Source: Macrostomum lignano | Taxonomy: Eukaryota | Direction: 5' to 3' | NCBI GenBank assembly: GCA_002269645.1 | Contig: NIVC01002059.1 | Coordinates: 219,322-283,321 of the forward strand | DNA length: 64,000 bases | In this document: piece by piece, positions 1 through 10,587 of the stretch | How the letters are laid out: the number at the start of each line of letters is the position of its first letter | Position numbering within the stretch: the first letter of the stretch is position 1 | Notes under the pieces: generated by a model | The model's input: only the letters and a program-made list of their open reading frames with translations | Database searches by the model: none | Told to the model about the DNA's origin: nothing | Program-made: the position numbers and the translations under genes

Positions 1-152
1 TTCTAAAATTCTGCCTTAATAAATATTTTTTATCAACTAAGACAGACAGACGAAGACAGTAGAGAACGTACTATAAGTAAAACTCTGTAGTTAGCAATGT
101 TTTTGAAAGTTTTTATCAGTAGTTCCTAGAAAAAATAAAACAAGACATAATT

Positions 153-3100
153 GGGTCGTTCTCAAAGCTAGGTCACAACTTTTTGTTATTGCAAAAAAAG
201 TTTATACATCGACCAATAATCGTACAAAAAAAATTCTTTCGACAATTTCTGTAAGAAGCTGCTACTAAAACCACAAGAAAACTTGAAATTGACAAGAAAT
301 CAAGGCTATTTGTTATTCTTTGTTGCGGAAAATAAACGACAAAAATATTAAAGAGAAAATAAAATTTTCTTCTATTTTTATTTTAAATATGCAGTTAAAT
401 TTCTTTTGCAAAAATAAAAGAACAAGAAATTGACAAAGGAAATGTTTTTGAGCACAGCATTTTGTTACTCTGCTCTAAATCCCAGACATTTAAAATTATC
501 GTGTGCGAAAAAGTGCGAAATTATTATAGCATGCACTCGAAAGGACTTCGATCAGTTTAACTAATCACTGAATTAAGAAGTCTAAATAAGTCTTGAAAGG
601 TTGAATTAAAAATCAAGTTTTCACTATGTATCTTTTCAAAGTTAAGATGATTCGACAAATAAAGAATGTTCATTTTTATGGTTAATAGAATTGTTTTCAT
701 TTTTACATTAAATATAATAAAATCTAACTAATAATAGAAAAAGTCAGGGAACTATCCTTGAACACCAAAAAGCACATTGTGGATTTAATATCGACTGCAT
801 GTTCCTTAATAAAGGAATTCGGATACTAGTATATATTTGATTATTTGTAGCATAATTTCTGAAAACTATAACTTGCTTGATTTTACTTTAAGTACTTATT
901 ACATTAATACTTATACCAAAGCTACATGTACTTAAAATAAAAAATTATAGTTACTTATTAGACATTTTACTCCAATTAACTTAAAATAATTCAAATTTAT
1001 TTTAATTAATTCATTTTTTGAAACTTTTTGGAAAATAGACAAAATTGAATTATTTAATTACCAAAAACCTACTAGCTTAACTAAAATAGCAATTAGTCTT
1101 TAAGAAAAGATTTCACTTGTTAATTGAGAAAAATGAGGATGTGCGAGGTGTAAAAATGCGAAAGAGCATGCAGGAAACAGAGACAAACAAAAATGTAGGT
1201 AAAAGACACTGCACATGCACATAATATGATAACCAGACATAATGCGCACACTGAAACACCAGTAGCAATGACGCCCAAGCTTTTGATGATCACAAGTGAA
1301 AAGGCAAAACCCAGCCATCTAATCAAAGAAGTAGACTATAGCACGCATATTGAGTGCATCACGCATTTTTTGCAGAGAAGCTCGAAAATTAACATTGTAT
1401 TCTGTGCACAACCACCAACTGCGACAGGGTCTGCCGGGGGATTTGTGGGCACGCGGTCGCGGATACAAATCGGAGGAGTCGCTGACCATTCTGAAATTAC
1501 TAGCTAGCACATGTAATTTTGTGTATTAATATTTTTTAGCCCGCTTTATTTCTATGCTCTCGTCCGCCTCTCGTTAATGCATCCCCAGACTCATGCAAAA
1601 ATTAAACTTATGATCGAACTATGCATGGCTTCCGTCCCTCGCTTTGAATCTCTCACCTCCCCATAGTTCCATCAACCTTACCGTAGTGGCTTCCTATGCA
1701 AAAATCATCCCTCCGCATCTTACACAGGCTACTTCAGGCTGTAGACTGTACTACACTATTAATTAGTTGCGCTAAAGAATCTACATGTATTTTGATCGCA
1801 GCGCAGCGCGCTGCTCAAAGAAGTTTAGATCTATCTAGATATTCTAGTAATTTCAGGTTTGTCCATAGACTAGAGCTCATGAGATGAGAATTCCATTAAC
1901 TAGTACATTTAATATGAATGAACTGCGTGTGTGTGTGCTGTGCATACATATGTATAATATACGAGTAGTTTATGGGCCAAATTATTGTGTGGCACAATTC
2001 TTGGCATCACTCAGCAGGCACAAGATGCAGTTAAGCAGCGCACGAAAATTCTACAAAAGAAATTGAGCCTGGTTGAGGTGATGCGAGGAGGCAGATCCAC
2101 ACAATCTCAGTGAATACACCAGACTGCACCAGATACGAGTCCAGTCGAATGTGCGCACTGGTCTAAGCAGCACACGCATGTCCTTCTGACAATGACGGCA
2201 CCTAGCTTCGTCCAAGCCTTTGCCAGCGTCACTGACAGCGTCAATACTACCATGCAGTGCCACCTGCAGCACCGACAACGGCAATTCCTCCAGTTAGCCC
2301 ACAACAGTGGCTAAACTGAGGGACAGGGAACCTACCCACAGAAGACACACACATACACACACAGCACCGGCAGCAGCACTCTGACAGCATAACCTAAAGC
2401 TCCATGAGCTCAGTTTTCAAGCATTGAAGAAGCAGAAGCAGTCATCTTGGATCCAGGGATCAGGAAGAGTGTTGCATGTCCGACATGTGCTGTTTCCGTG
2501 GCAAAAGGTGATGGAGCAAATTAATCAACACTTACTATCTAGCTCGTATTAAGACTAAAAAACTGAGGCAAGCTGGGATTAAACTAAAGAAAATTTTTTA
2601 CTATACTTTTTTACCATACTTTTACTATACTTCTATAGTATAGTAGAGAGGTACTCTATTTAAATGCAGTAAGAAGTGAAACAAATTTATATATTTAATT
2701 ATTAAATTAAATTAATTCAAGGTAAATAACTAATTTAACCAATTTATTAGGAGTATTTATTATTATAATAAAGTGATTTTTATACCTTACACGAAATAAG
2801 CTCTACATTCATTTCTTAGCTTGGGGCCCATCTGTATAAGGTCAGTTTCTTCAAAATGCTGATTAATTAATTAAGGCCTGTTGTCTTTACTTAAATTTAT
2901 AAGGGCATCTTAGAAGTTAATATTACTATATAATACAGGTATAATAGTATTACTATATTATAATAATATAGTTGCAATTTTAATGACTATTGAATAAGTT
3001 TAAATGCTTCCCCTATTGACTCTAAATATATGGTATCTTTCCCTTCAGAAAAAATTAGCATAGAATGACTTGATGAAAACAAAAAAAATCATTTCGAGAT

Positions 3101-3953
3101 ACACATTTGCTGATCATTCAGGTCAAATTTCAAGGTCCAGTTTTGCACATGTTTCTCTGTAGCTTGGTTACAAGGATTTTAATAAAAATATAATAAATAT
3201 GTCCAATGAACTAACTGATACATAGCCAAATTGAAGTATTTTCAAAAACAAAAAAAATCATTTGCTCAGTTTACTTTACTGGATATCTGTGTAAAATTTC
3301 AGCTCAAAAGGTGCTCCATGGAGAATGCTAGTGTGGTTACAGGATATTTATTTTGTGCTTCAAAGTAGGAGTTAATTGCGATGCATGGTTGCTTTTAATT
3401 ATTTTTATCAATAATAGTGCTCTATTTCATAACAATTTTTTACAAAAAGATAATAAGACATGTTTTTCTAATTATCTGCATCAAAATGTATCATTTTAAG
3501 CGCACATTCTAGACGTCAGCTGAAAAATACATTTTGTGAGACGCAAAGAGGCTATCCCACCGGAAATGCTAGGCGTCCAGTTAAGCGTCTATAAAATCAT
3601 TTATAGTGCAGTTTATTGAGCTTTAAAAAATTCTTAAATTAAATTTATATAAGCTTTAATTTTAAATGTAATATAGCAAGGTTTCAACACAACAACAACT
3701 TGTTTTAGCTACAGACATCTTGTAGTATCAAAAATTAACATCGGTGAAATGATTGAATTTGAATTTTTTCATCGCTAATTATCGCTTAATACCGCCAGAT
3801 GATTAAAAACACTTTTGCATGATAAAGTTCAACCCAAAAATTATCTTTATTCACAGATAAAAGTGTCCTATTATTTTGAATATGGCAGTAACAATAGTAA
3901 ATGTTCGGAAAATTGTTAAAATTTTTGCTCCTTCTAGAATTTGCGAACGACCC
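153..3953. mobile_element. Non-autonomous Sola-like DNA transposon (3.8 kb)
   Basis: Left end GGGTCGTTCTCAAA (153) and right end TTTGCGAACGACCC (ends 3953) form a 14-bp TIR with 1 mismatch. Both ends are flanked by AATT (149-152, 3954-3957), a 4-bp TSD. The terminus matches that of the adjacent autonomous element. No long ORF inside. Confidence 0.8.
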
Positions 3954-4828
3954 AATTATTAATAATGAAAACAACAGTTAATTTTTTTTTGAAAATAAAT
4001 ATTTAAATTTTAAATTTTAACATTTTTGATAAATAACTTTGTAAAAATTTTGTTTAACTTTAAAAAATTAAAACAAAAGCTGTTCTTAACAGCTCCTAAA
4101 TAGATTTGTTTACAAAGTCAACCCTCTTTGCTTTCAAAATATTTTTCAGAACTTTTGAACGGGTCGTTCTCAAAATCAGGAATTACGCGATAAAACAAGA
4201 AAAAAAAATTTTCGACCCTGAACCAGCCTTTCATGCAAAACAAGCAACAGGGTAAACGTAGCTGTTGAAAGAAAAGTACTTTATTTATCATTCGAAACAG
4301 TGAAATTGGTACGGTTGTCAAAGCAACTGACTACTGAGTCATTTTATCAATTTAATATTTCCATTTCTTCGATGTAACGCTAAGACGGTGTCATGTTTTG
4401 TGAAAAAATTCAATGGGAAAGAAACATCAGAAATAAACTATTTTGCACAGGAAGGAAGAAAAGAACATTAGAATTTGCTTCTTATTAAAGAATGACTGCT
4501 TAGTGATTTGTTCCTTGACTTAAACACAATCTTTCATCACTTAAACGCATCACTGTTCTAGTTACTAGCAGTTGAATTGTACAAATATATTGCTAGTTTT
4601 TTAGGTGAAAGCAATGCATATGGCGTCTTTTGGCGTTTTTTTGTGCCTTATAATGTGATCTTTGTATTTGTGATGTTTTTATATGGATTAGTGCACCACA
4701 GTTGTTGCAATATTTTTTTATACAATTAATTGCTACTAAGACAGGCACAAGCCAATAAACGTTGGGACCACAGTTTTGCAACACTGGAATAAGATAATGA
4801 CCAAAAAAAGGAGTAAAGTGGAGAACTG

Positions 4829-5192
4829 GGTGTCTTACAGGAGCATTTTTGTGCTTTTTTAAATACATTGCCTCTGAGCCCCACAATTAAGCAGAGCATC
4901 TGAAAAACATGCACTTTTGCATGTGTCAAAACGTTGGGACTGCCATCATGGGTCACTGAAAGAACTGATTGGGCCGAATTTTTTGGAGAGTGTTAGACTA
5001 GGTGTCTTATGGGAGCATTTTTTGCATTTTTAAATACATTGCCTCTGAGCCCCACAATTAAGTAAAACATCTGAAAAAACATGCACTTTTGCATATGTCA
5101 AACCATTGGGACTGCCATCATGGGTCACTGAAAGAACTGATTGGGCTGAATTTTTTGGAGAATGTTTTACTAGGTGTTGTGTAGGAGCATTA
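4829..5192. repeat. 172-bp tandem duplication (~2.1 copies) inside the Sola element, upstream of the transposase
   Basis: Copies start at 4829, 5001 and 5173 (GGTGTCTTA..GGAGCATTTT..AAATACATTGCCTCTGAGCCCCACAATTAAG..). Confidence 0.9.
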
Positions 5193-5715
5193 ATTTTTTA
5201 AAAGAAAATATTGCATATAAGCCACACAAAATATGTTAACAATTTAGAAACCAGGCAATACATACAAACTGTAATTTATGAGTAAGGGATTCAGTAGCAT
5301 TTTAAACTTGAAATTAAAATTGATGTTTTAAATTAGATATTAGATCTCAATGACTGAAAGAATATGAATCAAGTGGCTTTATTTGTAGAAATTGGTCCAT
5401 CAAAAAAAGTTTTGGCCATTTGGAAAATTTTACTTTGAAATGTACAGTTTCTTGCAAAAAATCCTGAATTTTGTGTCCCAATAAGCAAGTAGCTATTGGC
5501 ATTATTTAAATGAAAGATACAGTTTAGACTCTATGCAGATTTAGCACAAAATAGACTGCAAAATTTGGATATCATTTTTGAAGCTTTTCCACTAGGTCCT
5601 ACTGGCAGTTGAGGCATCTAATAGTGACATTGCTGGGTTTGTTGCCCCTAGTAACATCTAAGTGATTCCCAATCACATGATTGTCCAAATTACACTGCAG
5701 CTGTAATTGCTTGAA

Positions 5716-7869
5716 ATGACTGCAAAACACAAAAATTCCCACCATCTGTTTCAAGCAATGCCGTTCAAGCCGACTGAACGACAAAAGCGGCGTGAAAAGA
5801 GGAAAAAATATATTAAAACAAATTTTGGCTCCCACAGTAGCTACCTAGAGCACATGCGGCGGCAACAGCAGAAGTATAGGGACAAAGGCAATCGCAAGGA
5901 CAAGGCAGGGTCCAGCACTTCGGCAGAGATCCCCCAGCGATCCTTGGCAAGATCGGCAGCGGCGTTCAAGCGGGAGAATGCCAAGCTAAAGGCCAGGGTG
6001 CACCTGCTTGAGACTGCTGCCAAGCAGCGCAAGACAAGCAAAACCTGCCTGCGAGTGAAACTTCACCGCGCGAATAAGGAATTGGCGGCAAAAAGTTGCC
6101 GGCTTCAGACTTTCACCAACATAGCTAGCCATGTGAAGAGAGCGCTGCAGTCAGTCAGACGGTTCAATAACACCCGGCGAGTAATCAAGGCTGCCTGTCT
6201 AAACGCCCACGAGGCAGGACGGAAGGCCGTCATGGCCTTCTTTGGCGCCTCCGCGAAGATCTTGAAGCAGCCGAGAGCGCCGAAGATAAATCTGCTTGTG
6301 AGCGTCGTCCAGGAGTACTTTTGCCAGGACGAAAACTCGCGGGCCACCTCCTCCCGGAAGGATTGCATCTCCAAGAGATTTGGCGAGGAGAAGGAGACAA
6401 AGCAGAAGCGTTATCTCCTGAGCTCAGTCTCCCTGCTCCATGCAAAGTTCCTTTGGGAGTATCCTGGTGTGAAGATCAGCCGGGCAACATTTAACCGCTG
6501 GAAGCCATGGTATGTCAAGAGGGCTCGTCTGTGTGACCGAGACATGTGTATGTGCATAAAGTGCACTAACACGGAGTCCTTAATCAAAGGCATGCACATT
6601 GCTGGACTTCTTCACAGCCACCACATTACTAAAGTGTTGAATGAAATGGTCTGCGACATGGAATACGCTGACTGCCTGCTGCGCAAATGCGACGAGTGCC
6701 GTCGCAAGTCATTTGTAGTCACGGAGACAGCTGAGGCTGAGCCACAGGTTGTGTACCGCGTTTGGAAGCCTCGGACAGATGGACGCAGCGGCTTGGATGT
6801 GGTCAAAGAGACGGCATCATGCAAGACGGCTATCAGCATGCTGATGGTGCAACTAGTCGACTTTGCGGGCCACTTTATGCGGATGCGGAACCAGTATCGT
6901 GCAATCCGCCAGGTTAAGGATACTCTGCAGCCGGGACAGCTCCTGTTGCACATAGACTTATCCGAAAACTATACGGCGAAGTACCACAAAGAGGTACAGG
7001 CGGCGCACTTTGGCGACAAGGATCAGGTGGTGCTTCATCAAGGCGTGGCCTACATGGCTGGACATCAACCTTGCTCATTCGCAACGGTATCAGGAGAGAG
7101 GAGTAAGACGGCGGAGGCCATCGCCGCTCATCTACAACCAGTCCTTCGCCACTTTAAGGAGAAGCACGATGTCGATAAGGACGCCTTTAGCCAACTGGAC
7201 CAGATCGTCATCGTCTCTGATTCGCCATCCAGCCAGTATAGAAATCGCAAGATGGTTTTCTTATTCGACCGCCTGATGAAGATCATGAGGGTGTCAAGCT
7301 GGCGTTGGATCTACACAGAGGCCGGACACGGCAAGGGTGCTGCGGATGGAGTTGGAGCGGCTATCAAACGCCGCTGCGATGAAGTCGTGGCTAGCCGGCA
7401 GGACGTTGTAACACCTCAGGATGTTATGGAAGCCGTCAGATCGGGTAGCCCTCTGCACATACTCACATGGTTGGTTCAGCCAGAGGACATGAACTATTTC
7501 ACAAGCATCATCACCTTCGTAGGTGAGGACCTCTGCGGCATGCCAGGCTCGAAGTCGATGCACGACGTCTCAAGGACTGATGGTGGGCCGATCACTTACC
7601 GTCAGCTGTCCTGCATGTGCCCTGGTACAGCAGTAGCCTGCCCATGCCACGAGATGAAAGTGTGGGCGCCGCTGATGCTGCCGGAGGCGCCAGCTCCTGA
7701 TACTGCAACGAGTGGACTCGGATGTGGGCGTGGAGGTGGACGTGGACGCCGAGGTGGACGAGGACGCGGAGGTGGACGCCGAGGTGGACGAGGACGCGGA
7801 GGTGGACGTGGACGTGCAAGTGGTGATGAAAAGGCGCTGCTCCCTTATGACTTTTACAACGAACCTTAG
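5716..7869 (+). CDS. Sola2-type DDD transposase, apparently intact
   Basis: Uninterrupted ORF (track 5707-7869; first ATG 5716, alternative ATG 5758). Motifs HIDLSENY, IVSDSPSSQYRN and EAGHGKGAADGVG supply the three catalytic Asp. Also a Cys-rich CMCIKC/C-x4-C-x2-C region and an RGG-rich C-terminal tail. It lies between matching TIRs. Confidence 0.9.
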   Translation: MTAKHKNSHHLFQAMPFKPTERQKRREKRKKYIKTNFGSHSSYLEHMRRQQQKYRDKGNRKDKAGSSTSAEIPQRSLARSAAAFKRENAKLKARVHLLETAAKQRKTSKTCLRVKLHRANKELAAKSCRLQTFTNIASHVKRALQSVRRFNNTRRVIKAACLNAHEAGRKAVMAFFGASAKILKQPRAPKINLLVSVVQEYFCQDENSRATSSRKDCISKRFGEEKETKQKRYLLSSVSLLHAKFLWEYPGVKISRATFNRWKPWYVKRARLCDRDMCMCIKCTNTESLIKGMHIAGLLHSHHITKVLNEMVCDMEYADCLLRKCDECRRKSFVVTETAEAEPQVVYRVWKPRTDGRSGLDVVKETASCKTAISMLMVQLVDFAGHFMRMRNQYRAIRQVKDTLQPGQLLLHIDLSENYTAKYHKEVQAAHFGDKDQVVLHQGVAYMAGHQPCSFATVSGERSKTAEAIAAHLQPVLRHFKEKHDVDKDAFSQLDQIVIVSDSPSSQYRNRKMVFLFDRLMKIMRVSSWRWIYTEAGHGKGAADGVGAAIKRRCDEVVASRQDVVTPQDVMEAVRSGSPLHILTWLVQPEDMNYFTSIITFVGEDLCGMPGSKSMHDVSRTDGGPITYRQLSCMCPGTAVACPCHEMKVWAPLMLPEAPAPDTATSGLGCGRGGGRGRRGGRGRGGGRRGGRGRGGGRGRASGDEKALLPYDFYNEP

Positions 7870-7986
7870 GTAGCTCATCTCAGCTCTCTAACTATCCTAG
7901 GCTATATATCCTATATACTAAAAATGAAATCCTATCCTAATTGTACGTGCTATATACCATTAAAGTAGGGGTTGATTTGCTCACAT

Positions 7987-8517
7987 TTATATATTAAATA
8001 AAGTTAGGCGCAAGTAGTACAAGTAAGGTGAACCATTCGTATTTAAATCCGAATGCGGAACGAGGCCTCCATCGGCTGCGGCAGAGACAAGGGAGTATGG
8101 CCTCCTTGGAGTCGGCATCTCCAGCGGCGTTGAGGTGGGCGGTGCAGCAGGCTCCGCTGTTGCAGCAGGATGGACTGCGGCAGCGAGCTGTTGTATTAGC
8201 TGTTGGTTCTGCTGCATCTTCGCGGTCATCAATGCGTTGACATCGATGCCAGGAGTTGTCGGGGTGAGGGTGGCAGCAGTGACCGGCGCAGTAGGAGTAG
8301 CAGCCAGTTGTTGTGGGCCCCGGTCGGTCCCGGCGAGGTCGTAGCGGTCGTTAAAGTTGGGTGTCAAAGAGGCATCAGGACCAGTGGGGGCTCCAGAACT
8401 AGTGCCAGCGGTGGCAGCAACAGCGGTCGGAGTGGGCGGCATGGTATGCGCCAGAGCAGTAGTGGTTGCAGAAGTGGAGGTGGTGTCGCCGGCATCCATC
8501 GAACGCATAATAACCAT
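7987..8517 (-). CDS. Truncated gag-like ORF of an LTR retrotransposon
   Basis: ATG lies 23 nt downstream of the PBS. Low-complexity Thr/Ala/Pro N-terminus with an amphipathic segment (IDVNALMTAKMQQNQQLIQQLAAA). No pol follows. The assignment rests on position rather than on a recognised domain. Confidence 0.55.
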   Translation of the reverse strand: MVIMRSMDAGDTTSTSATTTALAHTMPPTPTAVAATAGTSSGAPTGPDASLTPNFNDRYDLAGTDRGPQQLAATPTAPVTAATLTPTTPGIDVNALMTAKMQQNQQLIQQLAAAVHPAATAEPAAPPTSTPLEMPTPRRPYSLVSAAADGGLVPHSDLNTNGSPYLYYLRLTLFNI

Positions 8518-8539
8518 GAATTATTTGAAGAGTTGTGAA

Positions 8540-8552
8540 CGCTCTGCTACCA
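8540..8552 (-). other. Primer-binding site complementary to initiator tRNA-Met
   Basis: Minus strand TGGTAGCAGAGCG, 4 nt after the LTR end. TGGTAGCAGAG is complementary to the metazoan tRNAiMet 3' end (...CUCUGCUACCA). Confidence 0.8.
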
Positions 8553-8556
8553 AATT

Positions 8557-8912
8557 TGTCGCTTGGACAACAAACTAATGAGCAGTTAGTAGATGGAGTG
8601 TATTTCGTGGCAGTGGAAGCAAAAGGTAAAGCAGAAAGAAAGGAACATGGACGCGCCTGAGGGGAGCAAAGCTAAGAGAAACCTATAACGGAGAGGAGGT
8701 CTTGTACATAGATATAAAAGTGGTAAACGCAAAGGATGAGCTAGGTCACTATTGCTGGAATTGCTTGGCTAAACGGTAGGGATGAGGTCATAGACAATAA
8801 ATAAGGTTAGCTGCAACTAAGTAATATGTTAAAGGGACTAAAAGTACATGAAAACGTAAGTCGAAGGTGAAGGCCCAAAAGAGGCGAAGTATTGGAGGAT
8901 TATAATCCGACA
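8557..8912 (-). mobile_element. 5' LTR (356 bp) of a truncated LTR retrotransposon nested in the Sola element
   Basis: Minus strand starts TGTCG and ends CGACA (5-bp inverted termini, TG..CA rule), followed by the PBS and the gag-like ORF. No second LTR in the window. Confidence 0.75.
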
Positions 8913-10587
8913 CCCATGATGTCAAAACTCGGTCCATCACATCCTGTTACATTTCTTTAAACTAGTGTTAAATGCACACTATGTTTAAAATACTATCATT
9001 CTTCATGCACTATTTTTATTGATTCAGGGGCAGTCAAGTCCAAGCATGACTGTTTCGATAGCTTCATTATATAGTTCCTTCATGCCTACATATACAGATA
9101 AATGTTTTTTAATCTACCCATTTCATCAAATTGTTTTCAGTTGTTTTTGTCCTGCAGTAACGTTTGTAAATCCTTTTGGATTGTAATACTTTAGCATAAA
9201 CCAGTCAGTATACATGTACTTTTTAAATTTCTTCTTGTTTAATAATATTGTATCCATTCATAGCAGACTAGAGTATATAGCTGTTTGCAAGACTACATTT
9301 CTTGCAAGAATAAAAAATATAAGACAAGAAAATGTCTTATTTATAATAAATAATTACATTTAGAGTCAAACATAGATAATTCTACAGAATATCAGGCTGC
9401 ATTCATATGTACCATATATTAAGATGTCCAAACTCCAATATTCCATGCATATTTACAATGCAACAAAGCTTTTTGCAATCATATTTCATTTCTGTGCTTG
9501 ATTTGTTTTGTCTCTTCTTTCCAGTTTTTGCATCTTCTTGAACTTTTTGAGACTATACACAATGCACACGAATTTTCTCAGCTCTTTATATGCCATGTGT
9601 GCTATATTTAAACTGCCTTTGTAATTTCATACTTACTATAAAGCTTCTCTATTATACACTCATGCTTTAATTTTTGCTGTAGATGTATAAATATATTCTT
9701 TTTCCGTCTGAAGCAGACTTCTGAGTTAAAATATGAGTACATATAGATCTTCCTATGGATGTTTGAATCATCCAAAAGGATTATGTGATACATAAACTTT
9801 GCAATCATTCTTGTAACCACAGATATGAATTAGCGCCTAGCGGGATACTAAATTTCGCGCATAAATGCACATATCAGTCGTTCACGCTAAGAAATGTAGC
9901 TAACAATTTTCAGATAATGTTTTGAATTACTATATTTGCGTTATCCAACGCAATGCGCATTGTAATTAATTTGTAAATAGCTAGAAAATGTCACGAACAA
10001 AGCAATGTAATACTTGAGATAGTACCCTCAGGTTGCGCGACGCACAAATTGTTCAAAGTTAAACGAATGCGTATCATAGGTATACAGTCATATTATAACA
10101 AAATATGTTTATTTAAGGGTTCGGCGCTCCGTAAACAGAAAACTAATTAAATGAAATTATTATCTATTTTAAAAGAATAAATTACTCTATAGAATTTGAC
10201 GATGATATGCTGGTGTATTTCTAGTTTTCGTGCAATAAAATAATTCCGATAATAATATTTAAACAAAGCGGCATTCCATGCTGTCCTGACATTTTGTTGT
10301 GGTTTACGACACAAAATACGTTTGTTGCATCTATAATTCGTTCTTAGGTAAAGATTGAGTCACGAATTTTTAAAGAAAAAAAACGGAAGCATAAGCAGTG
10401 CCTGATTTTGAGAACGACCCGAACAATTAAAATATTTCAGTTACTTTTTTACTGCTAGTCTTATAAACATTTTAAATTACATTGTGCTTTTGTCTCGCGC
10501 GATCTTTTTTACCATTATCGTATTATTGCATTTTCAATCAGCAATACATTTACTTTCGAATCTTTGTCAACGATCGGAAATAAAGCA

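Larger units (their letters stand above)
4161..10420 (+). mobile_element. Full-length Sola-superfamily (probably Sola2) DNA transposon, 6260 bp
   Basis: Perfect 20-bp TIR GGGTCGTTCTCAAAATCAGG (4161-4180) / CCTGATTTTGAGAACGACCC (10401-10420). 4-bp TSD GAAC at 4157-4160 and 10421-10424. 5'-GRG...CYC-3' termini and a 4-bp TSD are Sola2 hallmarks as I recall them. Encloses a DDD transposase ORF. Confidence 0.9.

Noticed and set aside
1820-1910. Cluster of 6-bp palindromes resembling a polylinker (AGATCT, TCTAGA, GAGCTC, GAATTC, ACTAGT)
   Set aside because: No vector sequence nearby. It lies inside a TSD-flanked element and is compatible with chance in CTAG-rich DNA.
2410-2550. VACPTCAVSV..INQHL, resembling a UBZ4 zinc finger
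   Set aside because: It is split across two frames and bounded by stops. The support is too thin.
2640-2660. GAGAGGTACT (2646) / AGTACCCTC (10022) as possible TIRs of the transposase element
   Set aside because: The match is weak and has no TSD. The perfect TIR/TSD pair at 4161/10420 supersedes it.
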